The notes under the pieces were generated by a model. That model had not been told where the DNA came from. It searched no databases and worked only from the letters and a program-made list of their open reading frames with translations. From Candidatus Bathyarchaeum sp. (lineage in GTDB: Archaea > Thermoproteota > Bathyarchaeia > Bathyarchaeales > Bathyarchaeaceae), in assembly GCA_026014495.1 (NCBI GenBank), contig JAOZIF010000058.1, forward strand, positions 1 to 16,365: a stretch of 16,365 bases of DNA, in the 5' to 3' direction. A program made the translations under genes and the position numbers. Shown here piece after piece: positions 1 to 9,366 of the stretch. The first letter of the stretch is position 1. Each line of letters begins with the position of its first letter.

Positions 1-323
1 TTAACAGACTCGTACGGTTTACGGCGAGTAGCCCGAACCCGTAATGTTTCTCCTTTGATACTGGTTTGAAACATGCATCCTGCGGGTTGCCAGTTAACAG
101 GTTCATATCCGCTGGGGCGATGAACCAGAACTGAGCCGTCCTCTTTAATCATGACGATGCGTTCTCCTGATTCCAATTTGGAGCTTGCCCGTCCCTTGTA
201 GTCTACCCAGCAGTTGCCCACCAGAATAACAGTTTTCCGTTCCGCAACAGCAGTTTTTATGAACTCCGCTACTTTTTCAACAGTTGGATTTTGTAGAGTG
301 ACTACGGGTTTCCGGTTTGACAC
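1..323 (-). CDS. nucS: Endonuclease NucS/EndoMS (mismatch-specific), N-terminal part; runs off the window start
   Basis: Not in the ORF track; translated by hand from GTG at 323 (GGTGG SD-like motif just upstream; alternative GTG at 332): MSNRKPVVTLQNPTVEKVAEFIKTAVAERKTVILVGNCWVDYKGRASSKLESGERIVMIKEDGSVLVHRPSGYEPVNWQPAG... The C-x-VDY-x-GRASS, K-x-DGS-x-LVH and Y-x-PVNWQP motifs are typical of the NucS N-terminus. Confidence 0.9.
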   Translation of the reverse strand, partial: MSNRKPVVTLQNPTVEKVAEFIKTAVAERKTVILVGNCWVDYKGRASSKLESGERIVMIKEDGSVLVHRPSGYEPVNWQPAGCMFQTSIKGETLRVRATRRKPYESV

Positions 324-377
324 GTTGACCACCGACAATCTTTAGAATAACGAAGACAGATAAAACTTCTGAGAAGC

Positions 378-935
378 ATGCACGAATGGAAACAAAAACG
401 CAGTAGTATGCGGCACTATGACCAGCAAGCAGCAATTTATGATGTGCAGTATGTGGGGGAGCAGAATGCCAAAATAAAAGTCATGCTTAAAAACATTAAG
501 TTTGGCTCAAATGATCTGGTTTTAGACCTTGGATGTGGCACTGGATTTCTTTTTCAGCATATTTTCCAAAGAGTTGGGTTTGTTGTGGGTATGGATGTAT
601 CCCAGAATGTTCTTAGGGCAGCAAAAAAGCGCATAAAAGACATGCAAAAAATAAATCTAGTCCGTGCAGATGCAGACAACACGCCATTTCCTAACCACAT
701 TTTCGATAAGGTTTTTGCGGTAACTGTTCTGCAAAACATGCCTGACCCCACAAAAACAATCATAGAAATGAAGCGTACAGGCAAACCCCAAGCAGCATTT
801 GCAGTAACTGGGCTAAAAAAGAAGTTCACACAAGAAAGCTTTGTTGACATCCTAGAAAAAGCAAATTTGAAGGTTGTCATGTTAACTACGAACCAGCAAC
901 TGAAGGGACATGTTGCTGTATGCACAGCCCTTTGA
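378..935 (+). CDS. Class I SAM-dependent methyltransferase (Methyltransf_11/UbiE-like), substrate unknown
   Basis: 185 aa; motif I VLDLGCGTG, acidic residue after beta-2 (VGMDVS), ADADNTPF and FDKVF motifs. Confidence 0.85.
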   Translation: MHEWKQKRSSMRHYDQQAAIYDVQYVGEQNAKIKVMLKNIKFGSNDLVLDLGCGTGFLFQHIFQRVGFVVGMDVSQNVLRAAKKRIKDMQKINLVRADADNTPFPNHIFDKVFAVTVLQNMPDPTKTIIEMKRTGKPQAAFAVTGLKKKFTQESFVDILEKANLKVVMLTTNQQLKGHVAVCTAL

Positions 936-993
936 GCAAAAAACTGTATGCTTTATCTAAAGGCTGCCGTGCATAGTTTGTAGATGAAACCTA

Positions 994-2583
994 ATGAGCA
1001 GCAAAGCCTACCGTGAAATTATTCAACGATTACTTGGGCTTTCCAGCCCCACAAAAAAGGATGTTGATTACATTAAGGTTAAAGTTGCAGGAAAATATAG
1101 CCTAAACAAGGTTCCATCTAACTCGGAAATAATACGATACCTTAAACCTGAAGAAAGCGCCAAGCTGTTGTCTATTTTGCGAAGAAAGGTTGTTCGTACC
1201 CTTTCAGGGGTAACTGTTGTTGCTGTGATGACAAAACCCCTGCCGTGCCCTCAAGAAATGCCCTGTGCTTATTGTCCAGGAGGTCCGAATTTGGGTTCTC
1301 CACAAAGCTATACAGGTCACGAGCCCGCTGCTCTGAGGGGAGCACAAAACGAATACAACCCATATGCCCAAGTTAGGACTCGCATCGAGCAGTTGGAGTC
1401 GATAGGTCACAAGGTTGACAAGGTCGAGCTCATTATAATGGGTGGAACCTTTCCCAGCACTCCCGTAGAGTATCAGGAAGATTTTGTTAAGCAATGTTTG
1501 GATGCCATCACTGAAACACGGTCTAAGTCTTTGCAAGATGCAAAAAAGGTGGCGGAGACCAGTAGAATGCGTAATGTTGGAATCACTGTGGAAACTAGAC
1601 CTGACTGGGCAAAACAGGAGCAGGTTGACAGGATGCTTTCTATGGGTGTAACGCGTGTGGAGGTTGGTGTTCAGAATATTTATGATGATATCTACAAGCG
1701 GGTTAACAGGGGACACAGCGTTAAGGACGTTATTCAAGCCACGCAAATAATGAAGGATGCAGGCTTGAAGGTTGTTTACCATCTTATGCCTGGTTTGCCT
1801 GGGTCAAGTTTTGAGCGTGACCTTGAGGGTTTCAAAGAGATATTTACAAATTCTCAGTTCAAGCCTGACATGATTAAGCTTTATCCATGTTTGGTCATTA
1901 AGGGAACAAAAGTTTACGACTGGTGGCGAAAAGGCGACTACAGTCCCTACACTACAGACAAGGCGGCTCAGTTAATCGCAGAGCTGAAAAAGTTTGTTCC
2001 TCCGTGGGTTCGAATTATGAGAGTGCAACGTGACATACCCGCCAAGTTGATTGAGGCTGGAGTAAAACTGAGCAATCTTAGGCAGATAGCAATAGAGAAG
2101 CTTGGGGCAGATGGGGGCAGATGTCGTTGTATACGGTGTAGAGAGGTGGGGCACAGGTGGTTACGGGATAAAGTGAAGCCTGACCCAGACAAAATTGAGA
2201 TACATACAATAACTGAGGAGGCTTCGGGTGGAACTGAGTTGTTTGTTTGTGCTGAGGACACATTTAATGATGTTTTGCTCGGTTATGTGAAGCTGCGTAT
2301 TCCCTCAGAGAAGGCAACCCGACCAGAAATAGCGTCTGAAAAGACGGCGATAGTTCGTGAGCTTAGAGTTTTTGGTCCATTGGTTCCTGTTGGTAAACAT
2401 TTTGCTGGGGCATGGCAACACAGAGGATATGGAGGGGTTTTGTTGTCTGAGGCTGAACGAGCCGCCATGGAAGATTACAATCGAACAAAAGTTGTTGTGA
2501 TAAGTGCGCTGGGAACAAAACAGTACTACAAACAGTTTGGTTACTGTTATGATGGTCCGTATGTTTCTAAATGGCTTAAGTGA
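994..2583 (+). CDS. elp3: Elp3, tRNA uridine(34) carboxymethylating radical SAM/KAT enzyme
   Basis: 529 aa; VVAVMTKP..C...C..CPGG Cys cluster, PQSYTGHEPA, IIMGGTF, ITVETRPD, RVEVGVQ, KLYPCLV, RVQRDIP, C-x-CIRCRE, and KAT motifs REL-x-V-x-G and WQHRGYG. Confidence 0.95.
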   Translation: MSSKAYREIIQRLLGLSSPTKKDVDYIKVKVAGKYSLNKVPSNSEIIRYLKPEESAKLLSILRRKVVRTLSGVTVVAVMTKPLPCPQEMPCAYCPGGPNLGSPQSYTGHEPAALRGAQNEYNPYAQVRTRIEQLESIGHKVDKVELIIMGGTFPSTPVEYQEDFVKQCLDAITETRSKSLQDAKKVAETSRMRNVGITVETRPDWAKQEQVDRMLSMGVTRVEVGVQNIYDDIYKRVNRGHSVKDVIQATQIMKDAGLKVVYHLMPGLPGSSFERDLEGFKEIFTNSQFKPDMIKLYPCLVIKGTKVYDWWRKGDYSPYTTDKAAQLIAELKKFVPPWVRIMRVQRDIPAKLIEAGVKLSNLRQIAIEKLGADGGRCRCIRCREVGHRWLRDKVKPDPDKIEIHTITEEASGGTELFVCAEDTFNDVLLGYVKLRIPSEKATRPEIASEKTAIVRELRVFGPLVPVGKHFAGAWQHRGYGGVLLSEAERAAMEDYNRTKVVVISALGTKQYYKQFGYCYDGPYVSKWLK

Positions 2584-2666
2584 ATGCTTTAATAAACGGT
2601 CGAAGTAATGAAAAGATGTTTTCAGCAAGTTTAGCTGAGAAGATAAGCGAATGGGAGACTAAGGGT

Positions 2667-3998
2667 TTGAGTGAGGAGTTTACGGGTTACAGGGGACAGA
2701 CATTAAACCTTTTGAAGAGTATAGGAGCCGAAATTGGCGATGTTATTCGTGTAACCAAAGGGGGAGAAACCTGGGAGGGCATTCTTATTCCCCGCTCAGA
2801 GATTGGGGACGAGCATCATGTTGTAATTAAAATGAAGAGCGGCTACAATGTTGGAGTCCGTATCGATTCCGAGGCGCAGATTGAAAAAGTTGGCACAGGA
2901 GTTAAGCCAACATTTACGCCTCCTCCGATTCCAGAGCAGAACAAAAGTTTGCCTCGAGTAGCTATCGTTAGTACAGGGGGCACCATTGCCAGCCGTGTAG
3001 ATTATAGAACAGGAGGTGTACGGCCAGCCCTTTCTGCAAGCGAACTTTACAGTGTGGTTCCTGAACTATCAGATATAGCCATGGTGGACACAGAGATTCT
3101 TTTCAGTGTGTACAGCGAAAACATCACCGCTAAGCACTGGATTGCAACTGCAAAGGCGGTTGCTAAACACATAGAACGTGGGGTGGATGGTGTTGTTGTT
3201 GCTCATGGAACTGACACTTTAGGGTATAGTGCTGCGGCTTTGAGTTTTGCGCTTCAGGATTTGCCTGTTCCTGTGGTGCTAGTTGCTTCTCAGAGGTCTG
3301 CTGATCGTCCGAGTTCTGATGCGGCAACTAACTTGGTTGGTGCTGTTAAAGCCGCGGTTTTTGCTCCTTTTGCAGAAGTTGTAATTGCTATGCATGAGAC
3401 TGTTTCTGATACATCGATTGTTTTTCATCGTGGAACAAAAGCAAGAAAGTGTCACACAAGCCGCAGAGACACATTCAAGTCCGTGAATGCTTCGCCTCTT
3501 GCCCGGATGGCGGATGGCAAGATTAGGGTTCTAACGAAGGATTACATGAAACGTGATGCTAAAAGAAAACTAAAACTAAATCCAAACTTTGACAAGAACG
3601 TTGCTCTTGTTAAGGCGTATCCTGACGTGAATCCAGAGCTTATCGACTGGTATGTTCAGAAGGGCATAAAGGGAATTATATTTGAGGGAACAGGTTTGGG
3701 GCATGTTGGAGATTACTTGTTTTCTGCAATAAAAAATGCAACAGAAAAAGGTGTTATTGTATGCATGACGTCGCAGTGCATCTGGGGAAGATTGAACATG
3801 AACGTTTATGACCAAGGCAGGGACATTTTGTCCCTTGGCGTTATTTCTTTGGATGATATGCTTCCTGAAACAGCGTATGTTAAGCTTAGGTGGGTTTTGG
3901 GGCAAACAGCAGATGCACAAGAGGCCAAGATGCTTCTCAAGGAAAACCTTGTGCACGAGTACTCTGCTAGAACTTTGTATGACAACATAGGAATCTGA
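2667..3998 (+). CDS. gatD: Glu-tRNA(Gln) amidotransferase subunit D
   Basis: Asparaginase-type motifs STGGTIASRVDY, HGTDT, QRSADRPSSD, RKCHTSRRD and EGTGLGH. The ORF track starts at 2580, but an in-frame TTG at 2667 (purine-rich GGAGAC..AAGGG upstream) gives (M)SEEFTGYRG, matching usual GatD N-termini. Start uncertain. Confidence 0.95.
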   Translation: MSEEFTGYRGQTLNLLKSIGAEIGDVIRVTKGGETWEGILIPRSEIGDEHHVVIKMKSGYNVGVRIDSEAQIEKVGTGVKPTFTPPPIPEQNKSLPRVAIVSTGGTIASRVDYRTGGVRPALSASELYSVVPELSDIAMVDTEILFSVYSENITAKHWIATAKAVAKHIERGVDGVVVAHGTDTLGYSAAALSFALQDLPVPVVLVASQRSADRPSSDAATNLVGAVKAAVFAPFAEVVIAMHETVSDTSIVFHRGTKARKCHTSRRDTFKSVNASPLARMADGKIRVLTKDYMKRDAKRKLKLNPNFDKNVALVKAYPDVNPELIDWYVQKGIKGIIFEGTGLGHVGDYLFSAIKNATEKGVIVCMTSQCIWGRLNMNVYDQGRDILSLGVISLDDMLPETAYVKLRWVLGQTADAQEAKMLLKENLVHEYSARTLYDNIGI

Positions 3999-4007
3999 GG
4001 GAAAAAG

Positions 4008-5903
4008 ATGAGCAGCAAATATTCAAAGATTGGTTTGAAGGCAGGGCTTGAGATTCATCAGCAGTTGGCTACACATGAGAAGCTTTTTTGTTCTTGTGAA
4101 CCTCAATTGTTCAAGGAAGAGCCAGAGTACACTTTTGTTCGTAAACTTAGGCCCGCCCAGAGCGAGTTGGGTCAGGTTGATTCAGCGGCTCTTTTTGAGT
4201 TTCAGAAGGAAACACAAATTCGGTATGAGGCAAACAGCGACTCAGCCTGTTTGGTGGAGATGGATGAGGAGCCGCCTCATGACCTGAACCGTGAGGCTGT
4301 GGAAATTACGTTGTTAGCGTCGCTTATGATGAACATGAAGCCCGTGGATGAGGTTCATGTTATGCGTAAGACGGTTATTGATGGTTCAAATACGACTGGT
4401 TTTCAGCGGACTTGTGTTGTGGCGTTGAATGGTGAGATTGACATCAAAGGTAAGAAGGTTGCTATTTCGCAGGTGAGTCTTGAAGAGGATGCTGCTCGGA
4501 AAACGGGAAAGGATGGGCAGTTGATTTGTTACCGTATTGACCGTCTTGGAATACCTCTCATTGAAGTTACAACAGCTCCTGTTATCTACTCTCCAGAAGA
4601 GGCACAGGAAACAGCTGCGGCTATTGGAAGAATACTTAGGGCAACACGCAGGGTCAGACGTGGACTGGGAACTATCCGTCAAGATGTGAACGTTTCTATT
4701 CGTGATGGGGCGTTGATAGAAATTAAGGGTGTTCAGGAACTGGACTTAGTTTCCCAAGTTATCACAAATGAGGTTCAACGTCAACTGGGTCTGCTGCGGA
4801 TTAGGGATGAGCTGAGTGCTCGTGGAATAACTGAGAATGACATCTCTGAAGATTTTGTTGATGTAACAAAGATTTTCGTGAAAACAAAATGTAAAGTTCT
4901 TGCAAAGGCGATTAAACAAAAGCATCCAATATTGGCGGTTAAGCTTAGTGGGTTTGCTGGGTTACTAAAGAGGGAGCTTGCATCGGGCATGAGGCTTGGT
5001 TCTGAGTTGGCGGGGATGGCTCGTTTCTGGGGGCGGGTTGGAGGAATTTTTCACACAGACGAGATGCCAGCGTATGGGGTAACTGAGGAAGAGTTAAGCA
5101 AACTTGCACAACTTTTGAAGAAACAGCCGCAAGATGCAATAGTTTTTGTGGCGGACACGCTAGAAAACGCTACTGACGCACTGAAGGCTGTGGTTGCACG
5201 CTCTAAAGTTGCATTGAGGTGTGTTCCAGAGGAGACTCGTGCAGCGAATCCTGATGGAACTACAAAGTATATGCGTCCTAGGCCGGGGGCGGCGCGGATG
5301 TATCCTGAAACTGATGTGCCTCCTATTCAGTTGACTAAAGATTATCTGGATGAGTTGGGTGGAAGGCTTCCTGAGTTGCCTGAGCAGTTGATGAAGCGGC
5401 TGATGAAAGAATACAAGCTTAATGGCAAGCTTGCCAAGCAGATTTTGGATTCTGAGTACCTTGAGCTTTTTGAGGTTTTAGCTGCGGAAACAAAAGTTTC
5501 TGCGACTGTTATTGCTGTTGCGTTAACGGAGACTTTGAAGGCGCTTAAGCGTGATGGCGTAAATGTTGATGCTGTGTCTGATGAGCAGTTCAGGGAATTG
5601 TTTAGGCTAATTGATTTGGGGAAGACTGCAAAAGAGTGTATTGCTGAGGTTTTGACTTGGCTTGCAGATAATGAAGATTCCACTGCTAAGGATGCTCTTA
5701 ATGCTCTTGGGTTGTCTATGATTTCGCGAAAGGAGCTTGAGGAGCTGGTGGATGATGTGATAGAGAAGAATGCTGAGTTTATTGAGACCCGTGGGACGAG
5801 TGCTTTTGGGCCGTTAATGGGTGTTGTCATGAAGAAGGCGCGGGGACGAGTGAAAGCCAAGCTGGTCAACGAGGTACTTAAAGCAAAACTAGAAGAAGCA
5901 TAG
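4008..5903 (+). CDS. gatE: Glu-tRNA(Gln) amidotransferase subunit E
   Basis: 631 aa; GLKAGLEIHQQL, IDGSNTTGFQRT, DRLGIPLIEV, RGLGTIRQDVNVSI and RPRPGAARMYPETD motifs; starts 9 bp after gatD. Confidence 0.97.
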   Translation: MSSKYSKIGLKAGLEIHQQLATHEKLFCSCEPQLFKEEPEYTFVRKLRPAQSELGQVDSAALFEFQKETQIRYEANSDSACLVEMDEEPPHDLNREAVEITLLASLMMNMKPVDEVHVMRKTVIDGSNTTGFQRTCVVALNGEIDIKGKKVAISQVSLEEDAARKTGKDGQLICYRIDRLGIPLIEVTTAPVIYSPEEAQETAAAIGRILRATRRVRRGLGTIRQDVNVSIRDGALIEIKGVQELDLVSQVITNEVQRQLGLLRIRDELSARGITENDISEDFVDVTKIFVKTKCKVLAKAIKQKHPILAVKLSGFAGLLKRELASGMRLGSELAGMARFWGRVGGIFHTDEMPAYGVTEEELSKLAQLLKKQPQDAIVFVADTLENATDALKAVVARSKVALRCVPEETRAANPDGTTKYMRPRPGAARMYPETDVPPIQLTKDYLDELGGRLPELPEQLMKRLMKEYKLNGKLAKQILDSEYLELFEVLAAETKVSATVIAVALTETLKALKRDGVNVDAVSDEQFRELFRLIDLGKTAKECIAEVLTWLADNEDSTAKDALNALGLSMISRKELEELVDDVIEKNAEFIETRGTSAFGPLMGVVMKKARGRVKAKLVNEVLKAKLEEA

Positions 5904-5965
5904 CAGTAAGCAAATGGTTAATCTGTATTATCCCGTTTTGGTCAAATATATGTTCAGAGTAGTTC

Positions 5966-7219
5966 TTAGGTTACTTTTTCGAAGTCTTTTCTGTTTTTTG
6001 ACATAGGGATTGTGCAGTCGAATCCTGCCTTACATGTCAGTCTTCTGTCTTCCCCCTGTTCAGAGCTTGGGTCTAAGCTTGATCCCCAAGACGTAGGATA
6101 TGTGTATAGGTTTTTGTCGGCTTGGAATCTGGTGGTTAATGCCCACATCACATCTTGTGGATCAGACAGATTTATGTCATCGTCAAACACGAAAACATGT
6201 TTTAGGCTCTTGTGGGCTTCAAGAGCGGTCTCGATTACCTTTTTTGGTTCCTCGTTGCTCCTTTTTTGTATGCTTACGGAGCAGGCTAGCCAGTTGATTT
6301 TGCCATCCGTAAATGCTATGTCTTTGACGTTACAGACTTTCATTAGTTCCATGTATATTAGCGGCAGTTTTCCAAAACCCATCAAAAATGAGTGCTCCCC
6401 TCTTCCGGGAATAAGTGCATAATATATTGGGTTGTCCTTTTGTCGCAGTATTTTTGTGACTTTGACGACGGGTTGTTGTCTGATTCCATCATATGTTCCT
6501 GTGATGTCTACGAACGTTCCTTCTTCGTCAAATTCAGGGGTGAGTTTTCCAAGTAACACAATTTCTGTGTCTGCTGGAACAGAAATGCCGTTCTCCAGTT
6601 TTACCATGTTTATTGGTTTGCCGTAGAATCCTCCTGCGATTTCGGTTTCGTCCATTGGCTCTTTAGTGGAGATTGCTGCAGTAAACAAGAGGGCGGGGTC
6701 TAGTCCGATGCAGATTGCAACATCGATGTTTTTGTTGTTTTTTGTGTAGCATTGCCATGTGTGGCGGTGGCAGATTCTTGTTGTGCCAGTGTTTTTGGTT
6801 TTGACTAGTATCCTGTGATATGAGAGGTTGCGTTCAGCACATTCTGTTATGAAGACGCCTGATGTGATGTATGGTCCAGGGTCGGAGGGATAATATTTTA
6901 GGATTGGCAATTTTCTGAGGTCGAGTTCAGCTTCCTCAAATGGGTTTTCAGGTACAATAACGGGTTTTATTGGGTTGTTGACTGCTGTTATGACTTTGTT
7001 TTGTATTTGTTTCCAGTTCATGTCAAAAATTGTGCAGAAGTTGTCACGTGTGCAGATGTTTGAGGCTACATGATATGGGGTTGTGGTGTTCTCGAACAGT
7101 AAAGCTTTTTGAGCCTTGCGTATGATGTCAGGAATTTTGTTCAATGGTGTTTTGTTTTTTATTCGTTCAAGTTTTCCATTCTCTTCAAGAATGTTGAGTG
7201 CTTGCTTGAAGCTGACCAA
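5966..7219 (-). CDS. UbiD-family (prFMN-dependent) decarboxylase, possibly anhydromevalonate phosphate decarboxylase of the archaeal mevalonate pathway
   Basis: 417 aa; DPGPYITSG, NLSYHR, EGTFVDITGTYD, VFDDDI...DV-x-WA-x-xTRFQ, SSLDPS and K-x-GFDCT motifs. TTG start 8 nt after a GGAGG SD. The substrate assignment is inference. Confidence 0.88.
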   Translation of the reverse strand: MVSFKQALNILEENGKLERIKNKTPLNKIPDIIRKAQKALLFENTTTPYHVASNICTRDNFCTIFDMNWKQIQNKVITAVNNPIKPVIVPENPFEEAELDLRKLPILKYYPSDPGPYITSGVFITECAERNLSYHRILVKTKNTGTTRICHRHTWQCYTKNNKNIDVAICIGLDPALLFTAAISTKEPMDETEIAGGFYGKPINMVKLENGISVPADTEIVLLGKLTPEFDEEGTFVDITGTYDGIRQQPVVKVTKILRQKDNPIYYALIPGRGEHSFLMGFGKLPLIYMELMKVCNVKDIAFTDGKINWLACSVSIQKRSNEEPKKVIETALEAHKSLKHVFVFDDDINLSDPQDVMWALTTRFQADKNLYTYPTSWGSSLDPSSEQGEDRRLTCKAGFDCTIPMSKNRKDFEKVT

Positions 7220-7324
7220 TCATAATTCCTCCCTTAATTGCTTGCAGTTTACAATTATCTGTTTTTGCCAAAAAAGATTGTAACCTTTATTTTGTTAAAC
7301 AATTAAACGGATAGATGAACAGGT

Positions 7325-8254
7325 ATGGCTGATGTGTTGATTGGAACTGCGGTTCCTATTTTGTTGTTGATGGGGATTGGCTTTCTTTCAAGAAAGTTTG
7401 GGGTCCTAAGGTCTGGGGATGAGCGGGTGCTTAGTTCTTATGTTTACTATTTTGCGTTGCCTGCACTGTTTTTAGTGGATATGGCAGAAACAACTTTTGT
7501 CACAGAAACTTTAGTGTTCATTTTTGCTGGAATTGTTCCAATACTCTTGGTTGTGGCAATTTTTAGTCTGCTCTATGCTGTTTTCAGGTTTTCAAGGAAC
7601 ACATTTTATCTGCTAATGTTAAGCACCATCTTTGGCAACACTGCATTTTTTGGAATTCCATTCGTTACTTTCGCTTTTCCTTCTGAACAAACTGAGCTTT
7701 TGGCTACGTTGGCGGCGGCTACGATTGGTATTGTGTCAATTGCCTTTTCGATAAGTTTGCTTGAGTTTTATCGGCTTGAGGGTTCTTCAAAGATGGAGGG
7801 GCTAAAACTGGTTGGCAGAAGGCTTGTGCGTAATCCGTTGATTATTTCAATTTTTGTGGGCATCTTGGTTTCGGTTGTGGGGGTGCAGATTCCATCTCCT
7901 GTGTCTACGTTTTTGCATATGATGGGGGGCACAACGTCTGCGGTGGCGGTTTTTATGTTGGGGGCGTTTTTGTATGGAAAAAAGTATGCTAACCTGAAAC
8001 AGGCGTTTGGTTTGAGTCTTTTGCGGATAATTTTCTTGCCTGCTGTAGCATTGGTGTCGTTAGCTTTGTTCCAGTTGCCGTCAATGGATGCTTCTGTGAT
8101 TGTGCTTATGCATGCGATGCCTGTTGCGGTTTCGTTGTCTGTTCTTAGCGAAAGATACGACTTTCGCAGGGAAACTGTGGCTTCCTTAACTTTAATTTCT
8201 TCAGTTGGCGCAATAGTTTACCTGAACATTTGGTTAGCCCTTTTAGGAATATAG
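7325..8254 (+). CDS. AEC (auxin efflux carrier/malate permease) family transporter
   Basis: 309 aa, about 10 hydrophobic segments; YVYYFALPAL, GNTAFFGIP, NPLIISI and MP-x-AV motifs typical of the AEC internal repeat. Confidence 0.88.
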   Translation: MADVLIGTAVPILLLMGIGFLSRKFGVLRSGDERVLSSYVYYFALPALFLVDMAETTFVTETLVFIFAGIVPILLVVAIFSLLYAVFRFSRNTFYLLMLSTIFGNTAFFGIPFVTFAFPSEQTELLATLAAATIGIVSIAFSISLLEFYRLEGSSKMEGLKLVGRRLVRNPLIISIFVGILVSVVGVQIPSPVSTFLHMMGGTTSAVAVFMLGAFLYGKKYANLKQAFGLSLLRIIFLPAVALVSLALFQLPSMDASVIVLMHAMPVAVSLSVLSERYDFRRETVASLTLISSVGAIVYLNIWLALLGI

Positions 8255-8513
8255 TTTCATGGTACGTGTGAACTTTTTCGGTAAATGTGTGTTGTGCAGA
8301 ATTTTTCAGAAAAAAAGTTAGTTTTCAACAATGTACCTCTATTTGTATCCTAATATGCCGCACAGATGTGTGAATAACTGGGCTGTTATTTGGTTTTTTG
8401 TGGTTGGGCGACAAAGATATTTATAGACAGTTTGTTTTTGCTTTTGGATGTGTAATTGCTGCTATTTTGTGGCGGTGGTTGCGGTGATTGTTGTTTAAAA
8501 GGTTGGCGTAGAT

Positions 8514-9359
8514 TTGGTGCTGTGCGAGAATAATCAGATACTGGTCATGGATTGTCTTGATGGTATGAAACGTTTTGTTGAGGATAAAGAAGTTGACGTG
8601 ATTGTAACTTCTCCGCCATATAATTTAGGAATTAAGTATAACAGCTATGACGATTCTGGTTCTAGAGAAGAATATCTTTTGTGGATGGAAAAGTTTGCAG
8701 AAGAATGTAAACGTGTTCTTAGCGATGATGGCTCCTTTTTTTTGAACATTGGATACAAATCTAAGGACCCGTGGGTTGCGTGGGAAGTGGCGTTTAGGTT
8801 CAGGAAGCATTTTGTTTTGCAAAATGTGATTCATTGGATTAAATCGATTGCTATACCTCAGGAGGATGTTGGCGACTACCCAAACATCAAAGGAGACATA
8901 GCAGTGGGGCACTTTAAGCCCGTTAACAGTGCACGATTCATGAACAGGTGCCACGAGTATATTTTTCAGTTCACCAAAAAAGGAAATATTGGGCTAAATA
9001 AGCTGGCAGTAGGCGTGCCCTATCAGGACAAGAGCAACATTGGCAGATGGAAAGTGGCAGTTGAAGATGTGCGAGACCGTGGAGACACATGGTTTATTCC
9101 ATACGAAACAATCTGGTCACGAAAAAAGCAAAGACCCCATCCATCTACGTTTCCGCCTAAACTGCCCATGATGTGCATCAGGCTTCACGGACTGGAGCGA
9201 ACCAAACTTGTTTTAGACCCCTTCATGGGAATCGGAAACACAGCAATCGCCTGCATGAGACTAGGCGTCAACTACATCGGCTTTGAAATGGACAAATCAT
9301 ACGCACAAACAGCACAACAACAAATACAAAACGAACTATCAGAAACAGACAAAACATAA
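8514..9359 (+). CDS. Site-specific DNA methyltransferase, beta class (probably N4-cytosine), no cognate endonuclease in window
   Basis: 281 aa; N-terminal catalytic VTSPPYN, HPSTFP, C-terminal SAM-binding [10 protein letters not shown] and YIGFEMD. Motif IV before motif I indicates beta class; SPPY is usually m4C. Confidence 0.9.
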   Translation: MVLCENNQILVMDCLDGMKRFVEDKEVDVIVTSPPYNLGIKYNSYDDSGSREEYLLWMEKFAEECKRVLSDDGSFFLNIGYKSKDPWVAWEVAFRFRKHFVLQNVIHWIKSIAIPQEDVGDYPNIKGDIAVGHFKPVNSARFMNRCHEYIFQFTKKGNIGLNKLAVGVPYQDKSNIGRWKVAVEDVRDRGDTWFIPYETIWSRKKQRPHPSTFPPKLPMMCIRLHGLERTKLVLDPFMGIGNTAIACMRLGVNYIGFEMDKSYAQTAQQQIQNELSETDKT

Positions 9360-9366
9360 TCATTTA

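Noticed and set aside
2580-2666. Apparent 29-aa N-terminal extension of GatD with a GTGA overlap on the elp3 stop
   Set aside because: The extension does not resemble GatD, and a TTG at 2667 gives a typical N-terminus; probably just an open frame.
7185-7223. Out-of-frame ATG (7223) 4 nt after the ubiD SD, opening a 12-codon ORF
   Set aside because: The TTG at 7219 has better SD spacing (8 nt) and gives a full-length protein; no need to invoke a frameshift.
7249-7283. Imperfect inverted repeat TTACAAT...TTTTTG-C-CAAAAA...ATTGTAA between ubiD and the AEC gene
   Set aside because: The arms are asymmetric by 4 nt in AT-rich DNA; too weak to call an operator.
8374-8487. Open frame encoding a hydrophobic 37-residue peptide (ITGLLFGFLWLGDKDIYRQFVFAFGCVIAAILWRWLR)
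   Set aside because: No convincing start or SD; G+T-rich DNA yields F/L/V/W/G codons by chance.
8255-8513. attL/attR-type duplication of the tRNA-Leu 3' end left of the DNA methyltransferase
   Set aside because: No copy of TGGTGCGGGGAGAGG or a close variant is visible by eye here.
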